NCBI GenBank assembly: GCA_963663805.2
Contig: CAXXMR010000020.1
Coordinates: 1 to 64,000, forward strand
Origin: Sedimentisphaerales bacterium
GTDB taxonomy: Bacteria; Planctomycetota; Phycisphaerae; Sedimentisphaerales; SM23-30
Reading direction: 5' to 3'
DNA length: 64,000 nucleotides
Of the stretch, positions 1 through 9,302 are shown one piece after another. The position numbers were made by a program, and so were the translations under genes. The notes below the pieces were generated by a model that saw only the letters and a program-made list of their open reading frames with translations, was not told where the DNA came from and did not search any database. Every line of letters begins with the position of its first letter. Positions within the stretch are counted from its first letter, which is position 1.

Positions 1-1111
1 GCGGCACTGTTGCCGCTGCTGTCTATGCCCAGTGCTATTTCCACCCGAAAGATGCTGCTTGCGATAATTTCAAACGGAACCTTCGCACCGCCTCCTCCGG
101 GGTCGGAAATGGCGAGAGTTTCCAATATCTGGCTATCAGGGTCATAAGCGGTTATGGTTGCCCCGATGTCTTCGGCGTCGATGATATAACCGGAGAAATA
201 GTTTGTGGTGGCGATTTTTTCGGTGGCTGGTTCAATGAATGTGATTTCCAGCAATCGGGACTGAGTGGTGCCGTCGCGGGGTCGGCGAACACCCGGTCGC
301 CGCTGACTGGGACATAACTTAGCGGGTTGGCATCGGTGATTTGCAGGTCTCCGCTGATTACGTTAAAAACGGCTCCCTGGGATTGATACTGGTCCGTGAT
401 ATAGGTGCCCGCGGCATATTCCTCAAAGAGTACCTGTTCATTGCAGGTGCCCAGCGACTGATACATGTGTGACTGGGGCAGCACCTGCCATGACGAACTG
501 CCGACCAGCCATTGCAGTTCGACGCCAGTGATTCCGACCGCGTTTGCTGAGAACAGGAAATAGAGCGGATAGAGCCCTTCGTCTTCGAAAGAGAGGCTGT
601 ACGAATACCAGGTAAAGGCATGGTCGGGAGAGTCGCCCAGATATTGACTGCCGACGACGAGATAATGGCCGTCATCACAGCCGATACGGATTTCAATGTC
701 GATTTCGGGGGTTGCGATGTTCCGGTCGAGGTCTTGAGTGATTTTGAGGTTTGCAGTGCCGCGCAGCATGAAATTGCTGGGATTGAGGTTCTGAATGGCT
801 TCGGGCGCGTAAACGGTGTTATTGAAAAATGCCTGAAAACTGCTGGAAATGCTTACGTCGTTGCCGGTACTGGGGAAATCAACGACCGGACTAAGCAGGT
901 CGGCGTTAGGAGTAATTCCATCAATGGTTGCCGGTGCGGGATAACCCCCGCCCTTGCCGAGGAAGATTTCACAGAAGACGCCATCCCCGCTCACGGTAGG
1001 GACGGTGGTACTGACCGCGTCGGATAAAGGCACGGTTACCGCCTGAGCGGTGGTGAACATGCCCGCCAGTAGTGCAAAAACAAAACCGAATACTAACATT
1101 TTCTTATTCAT
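1..1111 (-). CDS. Secreted protein with PA14-like domain; frameshifted near 257 and running off the window start
   Basis: Signal peptide (MNKKMLVFGFVFALLAGMFTTAQA) and PA14-like motifs (IGCDDGHYLVVG; GLYPLYFLF...GVELQW). The called ORF stops at 152 after a low-quality tail. Adding one G near 257 restores an open frame (LLEITFIEPATEKIATTNYFSGYIIDAEDIG...) to position 1. Confidence 0.65.
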
Positions 1112-1216
1112 CTTCTTTGAGCTCCGTATCCGACAATAGCGGTTTTGGATACCGTATCGCCTTTGATTCCTGGAATTATCCTTTTGTCGTTAGTTCTAAA
1201 AAATGTCGTTAAATAC

Positions 1217-1255
1217 AAAAAAGCCGAAACTCGGGTCGAATTCAACCCGACGGCT
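1217..1255 (-). terminator. Intrinsic terminator downstream of the PEP-CTERM gene
   Basis: Minus strand AGCCG-TCGGGTTGAATTCGACCCGA-GTTT-CGGCT followed by a T-run. Confidence 0.6.
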
Positions 1256-1338
1256 GTTAAACAAATCAAGCAGTCAATTCACGGTTGGTGATAATGTTGC
1301 AAAATTCCAATTGAGATATTGGAATGTAACAAGCGAGA

Positions 1339-1869
1339 TTAGGCCCTGCGTTTGCGGGCCAGAAGGACCGTGCCGGCCATTAGCAGTGCCACACTCAGGG
1401 GTTCGGGGATGGTGTAACCGCTGGCAACTGTTTCCCATGTCAGCGGGTCAACGATTTCATAAGGCTGGCCGCCTGGAATGTCTGTGCTGAGCCAGTCGAA
1501 GGTCACACTGAAAAACTTTGCCGATTGGCCGATTAAAAGTCCGCCCCCCGTTGCCCAGATATTGTACTGGCCGGTCACCTGCGGGGTTGTGAGCGGCCGG
1601 GGCTGAATAATATCGCCATCATCCCAGCCCGCAGGGGCAGGGTCTGTGGTGGTGGCAAGGTTCGCGTATAGTGCGTGGTCGAACAGAATCGTAACCTCGG
1701 AAACAGGATTTGACAGTGACAGGTTCGTCAGCCGGTAATTGTACTGGTAATGTCCTCCTCCCAGGTCGTCCAAGGTGTAGAAAATACCGCTTCCCGGCCC
1801 CGAAGCCGAACTGCCGCAAACGAACAATAACGACAAAAACAGCCCCCCAAGAACTTTACTCAACGACAT
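1339..1869 (-). CDS. PEP-CTERM sorting-domain surface protein
   Basis: N-terminal signal and C-terminal IPEPLSVALLMAGTVLLARKRRA (PEP motif, TM helix, basic tail). Start placed at ATG 1869 after a GGAGAGG-like SD. Confidence 0.85.
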   Translation of the reverse strand: MSLSKVLGGLFLSLLFVCGSSASGPGSGIFYTLDDLGGGHYQYNYRLTNLSLSNPVSEVTILFDHALYANLATTTDPAPAGWDDGDIIQPRPLTTPQVTGQYNIWATGGGLLIGQSAKFFSVTFDWLSTDIPGGQPYEIVDPLTWETVASGYTIPEPLSVALLMAGTVLLARKRRA

Positions 1870-2318
1870 AATGGTCCTCTCCGTCCTCAATAGTGTTGAC
1901 TAACATGCTCCCAAGCGGCGAAAATCGCTCTTCAAGGGGCAAAAAACCATAAAACATCCAAATTTTGCTTCGTTAAAGAGAGAAAAAAGTGCTTCTCAGG
2001 CTGAAACCTCAGATACATCTCTCCCGGCTTTTATGTATCCCAAACAGAACAGTATTGGGTCATAATCGCCAAATATTCACTGTGCAAGGATAAAATGACG
2101 ATATAGGCCAAGCTATCCAGAGACACTCTCCAAGGGACAATATACTTAAATAGGATATGAAAGTAAATAAAAAAACTTATATATCGGACATAGCCGCTGA
2201 TTTTGGCTTTGGATAGTGTCTGTTTTTTTAAGTTTGCACACGCTGTAATTTTAGCAAGTTCATAAATTGCAGTATGTTGTTGAATTTGCCGGTCAAATCC
2301 TGACGCAAAAAAGTAAAT

Positions 2319-2360
2319 AAAAAAACCGGTCCCAATCAGTTTCCTGACCGGTCCCGGTTT
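2319..2360 (-). terminator. Intrinsic terminator
   Basis: Minus strand AAACCGGGACCGGTCAG-GAAA-CTGATTGGGACCGGTTTTTTT, just after the stop at 2387. Confidence 0.65.
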
Positions 2361-2386
2361 AATTGACTTATAAGGTTGTTGTGATA

Positions 2387-3112
2387 TTATGCCCGGCGTT
2401 TGTCCCTGCGAACGAGGAATATCGCACCAGCGGCAAGAATCGCCACAGTTGCCGGTTCCGGCACGATGGGGGTTCCCGGCTGGACGCCTGACAGTTCAAC
2501 CACTAAATCCTGGTAGTCGCCGTCGTAATAGCATTGGCCCGGAGCGAGGTCTTCCCAGGCAACTACGTAGTTGCCGATTTGATTGTCTTCAAAACCGGCG
2601 TTATCCATGATTTGCCAGGTTACCATGTGGTCGGTATAGAGTCCTCTATATAGATTTTCAGAGGTCTGAGATGACCAGGTTAAATCAGTGTTAAATACAT
2701 GAAGCCCCAGACGGAAAGTCTGGAAGCTGTCATCGATTAGATAACTGTTGCTGCGTGGCTCGGTATTGTTAAAATAAATACTGTCCACGATAGTGATGAG
2801 GTTGTCAGATTCCAGACCGGGCAGTATCCCAAAGTCATGACTGTAGGCTGCGTGTTTCGCCTGGACCGTAGCTGACCATGAATCGACACCGTCAACCCAG
2901 CTCCATATCTGGTCACTGTTGGTGCCAACATCATTGACACGCTGGAGATTTTCCAGACCATAGAGGCTGTCCAGAATACCGTTCATGGTCGCCAGTGACC
3001 CTTCACTGCTGTTGGTATTTATGGGTGTAGTGGTTATCGGTGTGGCCCAACAAGTTAATGCCAGACCTAACCCGATAAAGGCACTGAATAGACTGTTTGC
3101 TTTAATTCTCAT
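2387..3112 (-). CDS. PEP-CTERM protein with DUF4114-like domain
   Basis: VVAWEDL...DGDYQDLVVELSGV motif typical of DUF4114, and C-terminal VPEPATVAILAAGAIFLVRRDKRRA. Start at ATG 3112 with GGAG SD, followed by a signal peptide. Confidence 0.85.
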   Translation of the reverse strand: MRIKANSLFSAFIGLGLALTCWATPITTTPINTNSSEGSLATMNGILDSLYGLENLQRVNDVGTNSDQIWSWVDGVDSWSATVQAKHAAYSHDFGILPGLESDNLITIVDSIYFNNTEPRSNSYLIDDSFQTFRLGLHVFNTDLTWSSQTSENLYRGLYTDHMVTWQIMDNAGFEDNQIGNYVVAWEDLAPGQCYYDGDYQDLVVELSGVQPGTPIVPEPATVAILAAGAIFLVRRDKRRA

Positions 3113-3236
3113 AGTTTTCTCCATATCGGACTTTGTATAACTTTTCTGACTGCCTTTGAGCAATCCCTGGATTACCCATGTGGGAAAAGTAAAATATAAA
3201 ATCGTCAGAAGCAAATTATGAGAGAGCTTTGTGTAT

Positions 3237-3276
3237 AAAAAAACAACCAACGCCATTCGCTGGTGCTGGTCGTTTT
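3237..3276 (-). terminator. Intrinsic terminator after cheW
   Basis: Minus strand AACGACCAGCACCA-GCGAA-TGGCGTTGGTTGTT plus T-run; stem contains G-U pairs. Confidence 0.6.
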
Positions 3277-3305
3277 AATTGTTATAATCGGAATTATTGT
3301 TTTTG

Positions 3306-3818
3306 TCAGGAGTTGCTCACTCCGGCAATGGTTTCCATGTCGCCGGCGAGGACTTTGTCGATGTCGAGGAGGATTTTTACGGAGTTGCCGATCTTGCCCA
3401 TGCCGCGGATGAAATCGGTATTGGCCGCGGAGCCAAACTGCGGTGCGTTTTCGATGCTTTCCTGGGCGATGTCGAGCACTTCAGAAACTCTATCGACGAT
3501 AACTCCGGTGCAGATGCCGCTGTCTTTGTAAGTTATCTCAACTACGATGATGCAGGTTTCTTCGGTGGTTTCAATTACGTCCATTTCAAATTTGGCTCGG
3601 AGGTCTACTACCGGGATTACCTGACCGCGGAGGTTTATCACCCCCTTTACATAGCTGGGGGTCTGCGGAACGGCGGTTACTTTTTGGTAGCCGATGATTT
3701 CGCGGACCTTGAGGATTTCGAGGCCGTATTCTTCGTCTGAGAGGGCGAAGGTGAGGTATTTGCCGGCCTGGTCCTGCTTTTCCATTTCCATGGTGGCCAC
3801 TGCTGAATTGTTAGACAT
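3306..3818 (-). CDS. cheW: Chemotaxis adaptor CheW
   Basis: KYLTFALSDEEYGLEILKVREII...VKGVINLRGQVIPVVDLR...GVIVDRVSEV...ILLDIDKVL are canonical CheW motifs. Confidence 0.95.
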   Translation of the reverse strand: MSNNSAVATMEMEKQDQAGKYLTFALSDEEYGLEILKVREIIGYQKVTAVPQTPSYVKGVINLRGQVIPVVDLRAKFEMDVIETTEETCIIVVEITYKDSGICTGVIVDRVSEVLDIAQESIENAPQFGSAANTDFIRGMGKIGNSVKILLDIDKVLAGDMETIAGVSNS

Positions 3819-4105
3819 TATAAGTCTCCTTGATTTGTAAATTACTCGCGTTTAACCGTTCGAGTCTTTTCCTCTCTCTGGATATTCCCGGAATCGACAA
3901 GGCGGCCATGAATCGTTATTAAAAAAGATGGGAATTATGACATTTTTTCATATGAATATTCGTAATTCCCCGGATAGCAGGTAAATACGAGTATAAAAAC
4001 AATTTAAGGTCTGTGGCAATAATGCTGGCGTGGGGTAGGTTATGGGCCTTGGGGCGAAAAAAAAGTTGCTGGAAAAAAATGTTCGGAGGTGATATTAATC
4101 ATGTT

Positions 4106-5227
4106 GTGGATACCGAACAAAAGCTTAACATTCTGGCGGATTCGAGCAAGTTTGACCTGGCTTGTTCGTGTCGTATGAAGGATGAGCCGGGCCGTACCCG
4201 TGGTGCCGACGGTAACTGGGTTTATCCGGCGACACTTCCGAGCGGTCAGAAGGTGTTTCTGCTTAAAACGCTTCAGACCAATGCCTGCCTGAATGATTGT
4301 TCGTACTGTCCTTTTAATCAGCGGCGGGATTTGCCTCGCAGCACACTTTCTCCTGATGAGCTGGCCCGGAAGTTTATACAACTGCTTGACGCTAATCGGG
4401 TTAGCGGCTTGTTTTTGTCGTCGGGGGTGCTTGGTTCAGCCGATTCGACGATGGAGCGGATGCTGGGTACGGTGGAGATAATCCGTCGGAAGTATAAGTT
4501 TCGGGGGTTCATTCATTTGAAGGTTATTCCGGGTGCCTCGGATGCCGCGATCGAAAGGGCGGTTAATTTAGCGACTCGCGTTTCGGTGAATATCGAAGCC
4601 CCTTCGGCAGGTCATTTGCATAAGTTGTCTGTTCGCAAGAGGTTCGATGAGGATATTATCCGGTCGATGCGGGTGATTCGCAGTCTGGGCGGGGCCAAGC
4701 AGACCACTCAGTTTGTAGTAGGAGCCGCCGGCGAGAGTGACCGGGATATTGTTGGTACTACCGATAAGCTTTATCGTGAGATTGGGCTGGAGCGTGTGTA
4801 TTACTCTGCGTGGCAAGACCTTACATCTGAATCGGTTCGGCCGCGTCAGAAGATGCTTTTTGACGATATGCCGGTGAAGGAAGAGCGGGGTAATGCTCCG
4901 AGTTTCGTGCGGGAGCATCGGCTTTATCAGGTTGATTTTCTGTTTCGGCGTTATGGTTTTAAGCGGGATGAGATACCTTTTGGGCCGGACGGTAATTTGT
5001 CGCTAACGGATGACCCCAAAAAGATTTGGGCGGATTTGCACCCGGAGTTTTTTCCGGTTTATGTTAATCGGGCGGAAAAGTCTGAACTGCTGCGTGTGCC
5101 GGGTTTGGGCCCGATTTCCGCGGCGCGGATATTGAAGGCCCGGCAGTATCGCAAGTTGCGTGTTATGGATGATTTACGATATTTTGGGGTGCGGGCCAGG
5201 CAGGCGGCCTGCTATGTTGCTTTTTAG
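4106..5227 (+). CDS. Putative DNA modification/repair radical SAM protein with C-terminal helix-hairpin-helix
   Basis: KLNILADSSKFDLAC N-terminus, CxxxCxxC (CLNDCSYC), GLFLSSG, REHRLYQVDFL, and HhH LLRVPGLGPISAARI. Start uncertain (in-frame GTG 4106 used). Confidence 0.88.
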   Translation: MDTEQKLNILADSSKFDLACSCRMKDEPGRTRGADGNWVYPATLPSGQKVFLLKTLQTNACLNDCSYCPFNQRRDLPRSTLSPDELARKFIQLLDANRVSGLFLSSGVLGSADSTMERMLGTVEIIRRKYKFRGFIHLKVIPGASDAAIERAVNLATRVSVNIEAPSAGHLHKLSVRKRFDEDIIRSMRVIRSLGGAKQTTQFVVGAAGESDRDIVGTTDKLYREIGLERVYYSAWQDLTSESVRPRQKMLFDDMPVKEERGNAPSFVREHRLYQVDFLFRRYGFKRDEIPFGPDGNLSLTDDPKKIWADLHPEFFPVYVNRAEKSELLRVPGLGPISAARILKARQYRKLRVMDDLRYFGVRARQAACYVAF

Positions 5228-5643
5228 TCAGAGCGAGTTGGTCTGATAATGTTGATTTTGGGCAATGGGAGCGAAGGTGTGAATAATAATAAACACGTTC
5301 TGTAAGTGTTTTGTCGCGATTGAGGCTCTGTTAGTATAGTTATATTTTTCACAGCTTAATGATTGTTTTTTTTATGTAAACATGGGGCGATTGGGCAATA
5401 CGGATGGGCTGTTTTGAAATTCACAATTAAGGTTGGTTGTAAGTTTTTTGTGTTTCAGGTGGTTGGGTTAGGTCGCGATATGGATGCGATTTTTTTTGCC
5501 ATGGTTCGGCATGAGGTTTGCGACTTTAGCCGATGTCTGAAACCGTCATTGGCAGTTTCTTGTGACGTTGTTTCTTGAGTTTTTTTGTTGATTGGCGGGT
5601 AAAGTTTTTTGTCTCTGGAGGGTTGTGCAGGGTATGTATAAAT

Positions 5644-5812
5644 GCCGGTAAGGTTCTGACCCGGAGGGGGTTGGGATTTTACCGGTTTCGATATAAGGGG
5701 GAGTAGCTATAGATTTGCTCGTTGGGCCTGTTCGGCAGGAAACTGTTAAAGGGCGAGGCTGACCAGGTCGATGAGCATAGAAGGAGCCGCCGGAGGGGTG
5801 GCTCTTTTTTTT
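5644..5812 (+). ncRNA. Candidate structured small RNA ending in an intrinsic terminator
   Basis: 19-bp hairpin (5644-5686) fully paired only with G-U pairs on the + strand, a second multi-stem (5716-5777), and a terminator hairpin plus T8 (5784-5812). No sense-strand ORF downstream. Confidence 0.55.
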
Positions 5813-5891
5813 GTGCGCATTGCGTGGGATGGACCACCGTGGTTGTTTGATGCCTGGAACGCGTCCGTTGACTTGGGTTTAGGGGAACAGT

Positions 5892-6605
5892 TTAGTCAAA
5901 TGGGTCTGATTTTTTTGAGGAGGCGGTAACCTGTGCGTTTCTGGTGATGATGCCGGGTATGCCGCGCAGGTGTGAGGGGCCGGTGAGTTGTTCGGTTTTG
6001 ACGAGGCGGGCACCTTTAGCTTCGATTTTGCGGAGGGTGTGGGTTTCCTCATTGCTTTTCGGCTTTGAGATGGCGTCTTTGACAACGATGACTTCTTTGC
6101 CGCGGTGGATGAGTCCGAGAATGGTAGATGCCAGGGCGGTTTCGAGGCCTATGCCGAAGATTATGATTTCGTCGGCTTCGAGGCCGCTGAGCAGTCTGTC
6201 GGCGCGGGGGATTTCGAAGGGATCTTCGTGTACTTTTTCGAATACGACTTGCTGATATTTTTTGAGTAGTTCAGGGGGCAGGTCGTTGCTGGTTTCGGTG
6301 GGGTATTCCCGGCGTGATTTCAGCAGGGTATAGCTGAGTTTTTGCTGGCCTTTTGTTCCGGCGATACATTTCGTTGAGCCGTTGCCGGGGCGGCAGGTCA
6401 ACTGGGTCGAAATAACTGGTATGCGTTCCTGTCTGGCCCAGGCCATGAGGCGGCGGATATTGGCCACCAATTCGTTGCTGGGCCCTTTACAGTTGAAGAC
6501 CAGGTCGAATTGAGTATCGATGTCTATTATGACACGATTTTTTTTTTCTGCGAAATAAACTTGCCATTCCAAGACCTCTTTCTTCCGCCGCAACGGCCAA
6601 AGCAC
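5892..6605 (-). CDS. Isochorismatase/cysteine hydrolase family protein lacking the catalytic Cys
   Basis: IIDIDTQFDL, CIAGTKGQQKL, VFEK, and IIIFGIGLETAL...VVKDAI fold motifs. Start uncertain. Confidence 0.75.
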   Translation of the reverse strand: MLWPLRRKKEVLEWQVYFAEKKNRVIIDIDTQFDLVFNCKGPSNELVANIRRLMAWARQERIPVISTQLTCRPGNGSTKCIAGTKGQQKLSYTLLKSRREYPTETSNDLPPELLKKYQQVVFEKVHEDPFEIPRADRLLSGLEADEIIIFGIGLETALASTILGLIHRGKEVIVVKDAISKPKSNEETHTLRKIEAKGARLVKTEQLTGPSHLRGIPGIITRNAQVTASSKKSDPFD

Positions 6606-6831
6606 AGTGTACTATAGGCCGTATCGGAAGGCCCATAACCAGACTTTAGGAAGTAAATGTGTTTTTTGCGTTTGGAAGGTGTAATTTTCCCTGGTCGCCC
6701 GTTTAGACCGTCCGTATTTCGCCCATTTTGTCCGCGCCTTTCAGTCTTGTTGCCGGCTCGCCTTACAAATATAATAGGTGTCGGAAATGTGATTTGGCAA
6801 GGTGTTATGTTTAAAAAATTTGAGGTTTTTT

Positions 6832-7458
6832 GTGGAATTACGCAACGAAGATATCACGGTTGATTTGGATAACTATAGTGAAAATATGGATTTAGGGGAT
6901 TTATTTGAGAAAGACGCTCCGGTTGAAATTGAGGTTGGTTCGGGCAAGGGGACTTTTCTGCTGAATCAAGCTCGGCTACATGGGGATATAAATTATCTGG
7001 GGATTGAGTGGGCTAATAAGTATTACAAGCTCAGTGTGGACCGGATGCGGCGGTGGGGGATGCGAAATGTTCGGGTGCTGCGGACCGACGCTCGTGATTT
7101 TATCGGACGTTATGTGCCGGATGAATCGGTGCAGGCATTTCATATATATTTCCCGGACCCGTGGCCCAAAGCTCGTCATAATAAGCGGCGGTTTTTTCAG
7201 CGAGAGAATATTCTGCAGGTACACCGGATACTAAAGGCGGGGGGGCAGCTGCGGACAGCGACAGACCATGCGGAGTATTATGAGGCGATGCGGGAAGTGA
7301 TGTTTGGGGATGGGGTGGTCACGCCGCTGTTCGAGGAGATTGAGTTTCACGCCCTGGATGCGGCCAACGAGGGCGAGTGGGTCGGTTCAAATTTTGAGCG
7401 GAAGTATATCGAGGAAGGCCGAACGATAAATACGCTGGCATTTGCGAAGAAGGGTTGA
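6832..7458 (+). CDS. trmB: tRNA (guanine-N7)-methyltransferase
   Basis: EIEVGSGKG, YLGIE, IYFPDPWPKARHNKRR, ATDHAEY, SNFERKY. Start at GTG 6832 with GAGG SD. Confidence 0.95.
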   Translation: MELRNEDITVDLDNYSENMDLGDLFEKDAPVEIEVGSGKGTFLLNQARLHGDINYLGIEWANKYYKLSVDRMRRWGMRNVRVLRTDARDFIGRYVPDESVQAFHIYFPDPWPKARHNKRRFFQRENILQVHRILKAGGQLRTATDHAEYYEAMREVMFGDGVVTPLFEEIEFHALDAANEGEWVGSNFERKYIEEGRTINTLAFAKKG

Positions 7459-7488
7459 GAATAACAAAAGTTAAGTTTTGATTATGGC

Positions 7489-7525
7489 AAAAAAAACAGC
7501 GTGAGTGCCGGAACACCCACGCTGT
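7489..7525 (-). terminator. Intrinsic terminator at a convergent junction
   Basis: Minus strand ACAGCGTGGGTG...CACTCACGCTGT followed by a T-run. Confidence 0.65.
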
Positions 7526-7608
7526 AAAATTCACATCTTCTCATAATAAACAAGTGGTTCACAACCCAAGTTCAGGGAAGCAAGATTCACTTTATTTATT
7601 ATCGAACC

Positions 7609-8892
7609 TTATTCCCAATACCAGTCACATTCTGTCATTGTCGGGTCATTACACAACAGCCAGTCCGTAGCAATCTTCATGAAATCAGGATTGCTCATAT
7701 CGCCATATTGAGTAAACAGACCAAAGTCAAGCAAATCAACTTTGCAGTCACCGCTAATGTCACCGTCCAGCTGGAACCCTGCGGCAATCGCTGCGGCACA
7801 ACTCGTCGGTTTGGTAAATGTAACCTGAAGCTCCTTATTGGAACCAACAGTCACAATGCTATAACTCCAGCCCTGAGCGACCTGGTCATCGGAAAGCAGC
7901 TTGCCACCTACTCCGCAAGAATCACTGTTATCGACAATATCACCACCAGAAGGAGCGGTTATCAACGTATAAGTACCTTCTGCGGGCTTATCCTTGAAAT
8001 TAACTTCCAGCTGCGTAGCGTTCGGGTCATCATCTACCATGAACCAGCACATCCCCGAACCGCCATTGGCCCGGCTCAACTGAATGCCAGTGCCCACACC
8101 ATTGGCACCATCCAGATTAAATACCAGCTTACTACGTGGACCAACCGTAACACGAGGAACCGTAATGGTCGCCTGGCTGCCATCAACCACAAAAGTGGCC
8201 CAACCTGTACTACTGCCGCTGGTGGGACCCGGAGGGGAACAGGGGATAATCTCAGTCGGAACCTCGGACGCTGACTTATACGCCGCCATTGTCAAACCCA
8301 TATCTTTACCGTCACCTTTGGCCAGACTGATAAGATTGTTAATAATCAGCGTCCCTGTCCCGCCCACCGTAACCGTACCCACAGCTTGCTTCTCCGCAAC
8401 TGTCATGCGGTCCGCTTCCAAAGTGCCGCCCGTAATATTGATATAAGCCGTACTTGTCGTACCGGATGAAGCCACTGTCAGATAGTTCAGGATGCTCATG
8501 TGTCCGCCTTCCACGTTGAGCGTACCGACGGCACCATCTTCATAGCTGACCTTGACCTGAAAAAACTCACTGTCACCACTGCGGTGAGTAATTTCCGCAA
8601 TCGAATTATCACTAGACGCATTACGCAAATAACCTGCCACTACGTGGTCTGGGTCACCAACCGGAGGCGATTCAATGATCAGTCCCGTAGCAGTAACTCG
8701 CAGGTCGGAGCCGCTGGTTGTATCGCCGCCCACCTTGTTAATCCAAGCCGGATTCCAGTTGTTGGGTTCGTGAAACATGAAATCCTCATCGGAATTGGTC
8801 CACGTGTATACCTGACCAGCCTGAACCAGCAATGGCATAACAAACACCAGGACAGTCATAACCAAGAAACAGTTTCGTAATTGTTTTCCCAT
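7609..8892 (-). CDS. Secreted beta-rich protein with C-terminal dockerin-like module
   Basis: Signal peptide, Gly/Thr-rich beta repeats (GTLNVEGG, YINITGG, VTVGGTG), and C-terminal GDISGDCKVDLLDF...IATDWLLCNDP. AAGGAG SD before ATG 8892. Confidence 0.75.
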   Translation of the reverse strand: MGKQLRNCFLVMTVLVFVMPLLVQAGQVYTWTNSDEDFMFHEPNNWNPAWINKVGGDTTSGSDLRVTATGLIIESPPVGDPDHVVAGYLRNASSDNSIAEITHRSGDSEFFQVKVSYEDGAVGTLNVEGGHMSILNYLTVASSGTTSTAYINITGGTLEADRMTVAEKQAVGTVTVGGTGTLIINNLISLAKGDGKDMGLTMAAYKSASEVPTEIIPCSPPGPTSGSSTGWATFVVDGSQATITVPRVTVGPRSKLVFNLDGANGVGTGIQLSRANGGSGMCWFMVDDDPNATQLEVNFKDKPAEGTYTLITAPSGGDIVDNSDSCGVGGKLLSDDQVAQGWSYSIVTVGSNKELQVTFTKPTSCAAAIAAGFQLDGDISGDCKVDLLDFGLFTQYGDMSNPDFMKIATDWLLCNDPTMTECDWYWE

Positions 8893-9242
8893 CTTTTTGC
8901 TCTCCTTCGACAAAATTAGATATGCAAACGGGCCCTGCTCAGACTCACACGAATCTGTTCCCGTTATGAAATACAGGAATCGATCGAAATCTCACTTTTC
9001 TCGAGTTCCACTCTAGCACAAAATCCAAATAATGTCAAACGTTTTCTATTTCTTATCTCCAAGCAAGCTATACACTTATATCGCCATGCCGCACACGGTT
9101 CATAACTGTCTAAATATTAACACCTTGCCTAAAATGCGTACTGGCCGCCCAAAATCCGACTACCTTCAATAACTACGATACTCGCACACACCTAAAGTTA
9201 TGCCGCAAAATTAGTTACAACCCCGCCACTAAAATAAGACAT

Positions 9243-9278
9243 AAAAAAGCCCGAATCAGCAAAATCGCCAATTCGGGC
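9243..9278 (-). terminator. Intrinsic terminator after folC
   Basis: Minus strand GCCCGAATTGGCG...GCTGATTCGGGC plus T6. Confidence 0.6.
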
Positions 9279-9302
9279 CTGAAATCTACTTTTTTAATAA
9301 AA

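Noticed and set aside
5694..5765. yybP-ykoY (Mn2+) riboswitch suggested by GGGGAGTAGC...GGCGAG
   Set aside because: The closing P1 pairing is not evident and there is no sense-strand gene downstream; retained only as an unknown ncRNA candidate.
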